From NCBI GenBank assembly GCA_964255285.1, contig CAXUUL010000005.1:62001-88725 (forward strand): 26,725 nt of DNA, in the 5' to 3' direction. The notes beneath the pieces were generated by a model that had not been told where the DNA came from, did not search any database, and saw only the letters and a program-made list of their open reading frames with translations. Within the stretch, counting starts at the first letter, position 1, and each line of letters begins with the position of its first letter. This document shows positions 22,240-26,725 of the stretch, piece by piece. Both the position numbers and the translations under genes were made by a program. This DNA is from Ionaspis alba (taxonomy: Eukaryota).

Positions 22240-25202
22240 TTAATAGTAGATCTTCTCTTCGTAAATCGGTGGTCTGGTGTCAGGATTCCAACGCAGCTTG
22301 CCCTTGTCATCAAAGTCGGCATCCTCGTCCGATATAGGAATTATACGAGAGGTGTGGCGCACTTCTTGTCTGCTGACACCCATTACGTCTCTTGGGATCC
22401 AGAGCAATGGAGCCTGACTCGCGACTGCAGGGTGATAGTACGCATTGCGCTCTACTTCAGGCGTATACAGAATGTCTGCAAACCCCTTTGGTACTAAACG
22501 ACGCAAGGTATGGTAATCCGTATGTCGTTCGGGATGCAGCCATTTGGAGAAGAAATTGGGCTTCTTCCTGGGAGCGGTGGGCAAGTCTTTCTCACCGCCA
22601 GTATGTGCAGCTGTGGATGCACTACCATTTTTGTAGCCGGTGCCGTGATTCGCAGCTGCATTGCCGTCCTCGAGCGCAAGAAGAGACTGCTCCTCGACCT
22701 CAAGGGTCTGAGGAAGACACTGCAGCAGCGGACTAATAGCACTGTTGAGGGAGACGTGGAAGAGAATTGATGCAATCAAGAAGACGACCATGAGGACGAT
22801 GGGACCAGCTGCCTGGGCAATGCCAAAGAGACCGATGAGACAAACAATAGCCAAGTATATACCGACAGTGATCTGTTGCAGAGCACGCGGATAGATCAAG
22901 CCTTTTGTATCGACTTTGACATCATAGACGAACAACATGTTGTAGCGGTTGGCGAGGTAAAGCAGCCAAAGTCCAATGGTTGCAAAGGCCATCATGAGAG
23001 GCGCAATACACGAGTACGTGATTGCTAAAAGAATGGTTAGCCAAGTATTCAACTCTTCGTAACGGACAACAAGCCCGAGAGGGAGAGTGGAGGCGGGCAA
23101 GAAATTAAGTTCCAAACGTACCGATAACTACCAGCAGGGTGTAGATAGGGAACACTGTTCCCCAGCCAAGGGCGGTAAGTGTGGAAAATCGTTTGTACAT
23201 CTTCCGCGGTGTGGTGTCCAAGAATTTTCCGAGAACACGGAACAGGATTAGCCCGACGAGCTGAAGCAGCGCGTTGGCCGAAAGCTGTAGACCTTGGACA
23301 ATGAAGTAGGAGATGTAGAAGTTAGAAGCTGAAGGAAGCTGTTTGGCTAGAATGGACGTAGCAGAGGCGGGATTTTTCGCAATCTCACCACCCGATGCAG
23401 CGGCCGAAGAGGAGAGAGTAGTGACAAGGAAGACTTGGATAACCTGGAAGACAAAGTAGAAATTCTGGGTCCTGAGTTCGATACGGGCCAGCGACGGCAT
23501 ACCACCCAGCTTCGCCATGAGCCGTAAAATGATGGGCAGGAGAGCCATAAGTACAGCCAACAAGACGGAGGGTAGGAGACCCTGGATGACACCAAAGATG
23601 ACGGGCGGAATCTTCGTCAGGAAGCTGAGGAAAGGAGCGATCTGAATGAGTTTGCTGATGTTCGACAGAATACCCACAAAGCCGACTGGAATTGACCAAA
23701 ACACGACAAGAGCAACGACGAATGCAATTGTTGCAGCATTTCTGACGATGCGCTCCCACCATTTGATACGGAGGTTCTGCCAGATGACCTGATCAGGATC
23801 GATGCCAATGAAGCGGGGTGCCATGTGAAGGGCCTGGTGGTGGGTGACGGTTTGGTAGGCGGCCTGAGCATCAGCCTGGGTGTAGAACTCCACGAAAACC
23901 GAGCTGACAAAGGGCGCTTCCCCGGCACGATGCTTGGCCTGCAAAACACGAACTTGGGGAATCAGACGCTCGAGTTCCGATCGGCACCAATTGATGGTAT
24001 CGACTTTCTTGCCAATCAGGAATTTGGTCTTGTGCGTGGGCCTCTGCTTGGGCGTAATCCAACGAGCTGCTGCCGAACCAGACTCACCGTCCACATCGCC
24101 TGCGTGTCCCAAATGTTCGCCATCCTGGTGGGATCCTCCTTTTTTGAGAGACTTGAGGCGTGCGGTATTGGCCAGTTTGATGAGTTTGGTCTCCGCAGCT
24201 TCAAGCTTGAAAGCAACCTTGTCCCTCTCGTCGACGAGCTTCTGAAGTTCCTTGCATTCCGTGGCAATCCACAAATTCTTGAGCTTGTTGCCGAACAGTC
24301 TGCGGAGTTTGGCTTCATCGAGAAACTCGTCCGGGACAGAGGAGAAAAGAACAGTGCGAGAAGAGAGGCGATTGGCGTAGAGAGGTGAGAGGAGGTAAGC
24401 CTGTCGGAGATTGATATAATAGATGCTTTCGCGGGCAATCATGTACCAGACAAAGGCTAAAGATGGATGATCAGCATGGACCACGCAGCAAAACGCTTCC
24501 GAGCTCCCAACTCACTGAAGTAGATCCAAGCCACAAACGTATGGGCATAGAAACGGGGATTTCCAGTGCCCGCGACGTTGCCAAAGCTCAACAGATCCAG
24601 CTGTTCGAGGCCACCACCTCCAGTGATGTTCACGGGAAAGAGGATTGGAAACGTGATGATGCAGCCGACGAGGCAGATGGTGGTCGCGATCCTCAGGAAG
24701 CGAAGAAGCAAGTAACCATCGATGGACTGATGATTGAGCACGTAGGTATCCGGAATCTTGAAGAAAGCGCCGAACCAATTGAAGAGTCCCTTGGGGAGTT
24801 CTGGTGAACGTTCCCTACAGCACTCTCGTTAGCAGCCGGACTCGGTCTGTGCACAGGGGAGAGCGGAGGGGAGACGTACTGTTCTCGGAGCGAGGAGAGA
24901 AAGGTTCGAGGAGCATATTGTCGACGTTGAGAGCGACGAAGTATGAGGAAGACCAGGACCATAAGACCAGCGACGAGGCCAATGGGTATGAGGGTCGATA
25001 CGAGACCCGAAACGGTGCGATTCTGCTTGGAAGGGTCCTGAGCAGAGCCAATGTTTGGATCATTGCCCTGACAAGAGAAAAGAAGAGCAGCTGTCAGTCT
25101 GGACACTTCCTTTGAGGAATTGAAGAACGATTGCTGTTGGAGCTCTCCGGAAAAGTGACTTACAGATTGGCGTCGCGAGATGTGGTTTAGGATGTCCTCC
25201 AT
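22240..25202 (-). CDS. CSC1/OSCA/TMEM63 (DUF221, Phm7/Rsn1-like) mechanosensitive or osmo-gated Ca2+-permeable channel, ~881 aa
   Basis: Exons 25202-25164, 25067-24880, 24814-24516, 24456-23122, 23024-22240 with GT-AG introns. Motifs FLILRR...YAPRT, IDGYLLLRFL, LFPVNITGGG, SSRTVLFSSVP, GKKVDTINW, DPDQVIWQNL, YFVFQVIQVFLV, LPSASNFYISY, YSCIAPL, DTKGLIYPRAL, LLWIPRD. Confidence 0.95.
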
Positions 25203-26725
25203 CGTTGCGACAAGGGCTCTGAAGCCTTATCGCCTTTCCCTCTCCCACAATTACAAGAAATTAGGATGCGCAGTCTGAAGAGGATGAATATGAAAGAAAA
25301 GGTTGACGCGAGGGTTTTGCTGAAGGAAGAGAAGGAGAAAGATTTGTGTGGATGATGTCGCTTTCTCCTCTCTGTCTGCTCTTTTTCCTGGTTTGTTGTT
25401 GACCTTGGCAAGGGAAAGCCGGTTCGAAATGGGTTGTTTGCGCTTGCCGGTAGAGATCCCGGTAAAGCGCGTCAAGGGAATTAGGGAGGATCCACTAAAA
25501 AGGACTTGGGAAGTGACGATCGCAATCCCGAAGAATAGTATAATCAAAGACAGGAAGAACCACGGATTTGATGATTAGGCTTTGATTGACAATCGATGAA
25601 AGGCGCGACAGACAACGGCTGCTGTTATTGAAGATGATGGGACTGAGCAGAGGTTTGATAGCAGTGAAAAGGTGTTGGGAGGGGTGGGAGATGTTACAAG
25701 TATGATGTCGTCCTCCAGTTGGGGATGGATGATGGGTTGTGTCGCCCTCTGGGTGAGTGTTCGGGCCTCTGCGATCTTGTGATACAACAGCCTTCCGCAA
25801 GCTGCACCCAACCGCCTCTGACGTAGGCCAGAAGCTGTTCATTTCCACGACCATCCAGTATCCAGCTGCGGTGCGACAAGAACCAGGACCAGCCAATTTC
25901 CAATCCTTATTTGCCAATCAATAATGCCTTTTCAGACACCCGCATTTGTCTCACATGCAAATTTTGGGATTTGATGGTCAACAATGCTTCCATTGCTTAG
26001 TAGCAAGATCGAGGAAAGGAGTATGCGCCGATGGAGTTGGCCGTTGCCACCAGACCTCGAACACCCCAATTATCTTCGTGAATCGTCCTTCACATGGGAG
26101 ACGATTCACTGTGCAGCTTCTCCAGCTCAGAGTCAACGGTTTCCCGAGTTAGTTTTGCCGACCAGGTTGCCAGATGCTTCCAATTGATTTTCAGTGAAGA
26201 CCAAACATGTGGCGCAGCCAATAATTTGTGGTGGCTCGACTACCACGGGTCTGGGAAGGATTCAAGATTCTGACAAGCAAGGACTTACCCCAGCACAGCT
26301 GAGATGAGATACATGCACCTCTGGACAGAGTACAGTGCTTGCTTGGCAATTAGATCGACTCCAGCCACAGGTCTAGACCCTCTACCCGGCCTTGGCAATG
26401 ATAATCATCTTCGGCTTGATCCGGAGTGGCTGAAGGATGTATTGCCACAAGGTACTCCTTACTCGGACGCTACAAATGGTAATACCATGATGAAGACTAT
26501 GGGAATCGAAGAGGTATCACTCACGGCTATTGCCTGCGGGACCCTTGCGCTCTAGGACAGCGTACCATCTGCCTGTGCTTTGCTGCATGGGATCTTTCGT
26601 AGTCGCTGGAACTATATCATCTCCTACACGTACCTCCATGCCACTTCTCCGTGGCCCAGACAAGCCTCTTCACGTTCAAGATGCTGATGGAAAGCCTTCG
26701 TCTTCGTTGACCACGTATGCCCAAT

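Noticed and set aside
23825..25115. Long plus-strand ORFs (187, 114 and 103 aa)
   Set aside because: Antisense shadows of the codon-biased CSC1 exons with no recognisable motifs. The same applies to antisense ORFs within FNIP, IML1 and the NTase gene.
25251..26725. ORFs upstream of CSC1, including the 83-aa ORF at 26304-26555
   Set aside because: No recognisable family or convincing splice model; probably promoter/UTR, although the edge of a neighbouring gene cannot be excluded.
1..26725. tRNA/rRNA genes, transposons, RIP-like AT-rich relics, CRISPR-like arrays
   Set aside because: None recognised by eye; composition looks uniform and no long direct or inverted repeats were seen. tRNAscan-SE, Infernal and a self dot-plot would be decisive.

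Overview
Gene-dense chromosomal segment of a filamentous ascomycete (short GT-AG introns with CTRAY branch sites; protein style suggests Eurotiomycetes, which is an inference). Eight protein-coding genes were modelled by reading splice sites by eye: the 5' part of MCM6 (-), an FNIP/Lst4-like gene (-), IML1/DEPDC5 (-), a VCX1-type Ca2+/H+ exchanger (+), a strongly divergent histone H3-like gene (-), a Pol-beta-type nucleotidyltransferase-like gene (-), a pyridoxamine-phosphate-oxidase-like FMN-binding protein (-) and a CSC1/OSCA/TMEM63 channel (-). Most notable: (1) an apparently intact 153-aa H3 variant lacking the alphaN helix, with a longer loop 1 and a rewired tail; (2) tandem adjacency of subunits of the two Rag/Gtr GAP complexes (Iml1 and Lst4/FNIP); (3) an uncharacterised NTase directly upstream of the H3 variant; (4) a candidate spliced 84-aa ORF divergent from MCM6. 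No RNA genes, transposons or repeat arrays were recognised. All family assignments come from motif recall, not database searches.
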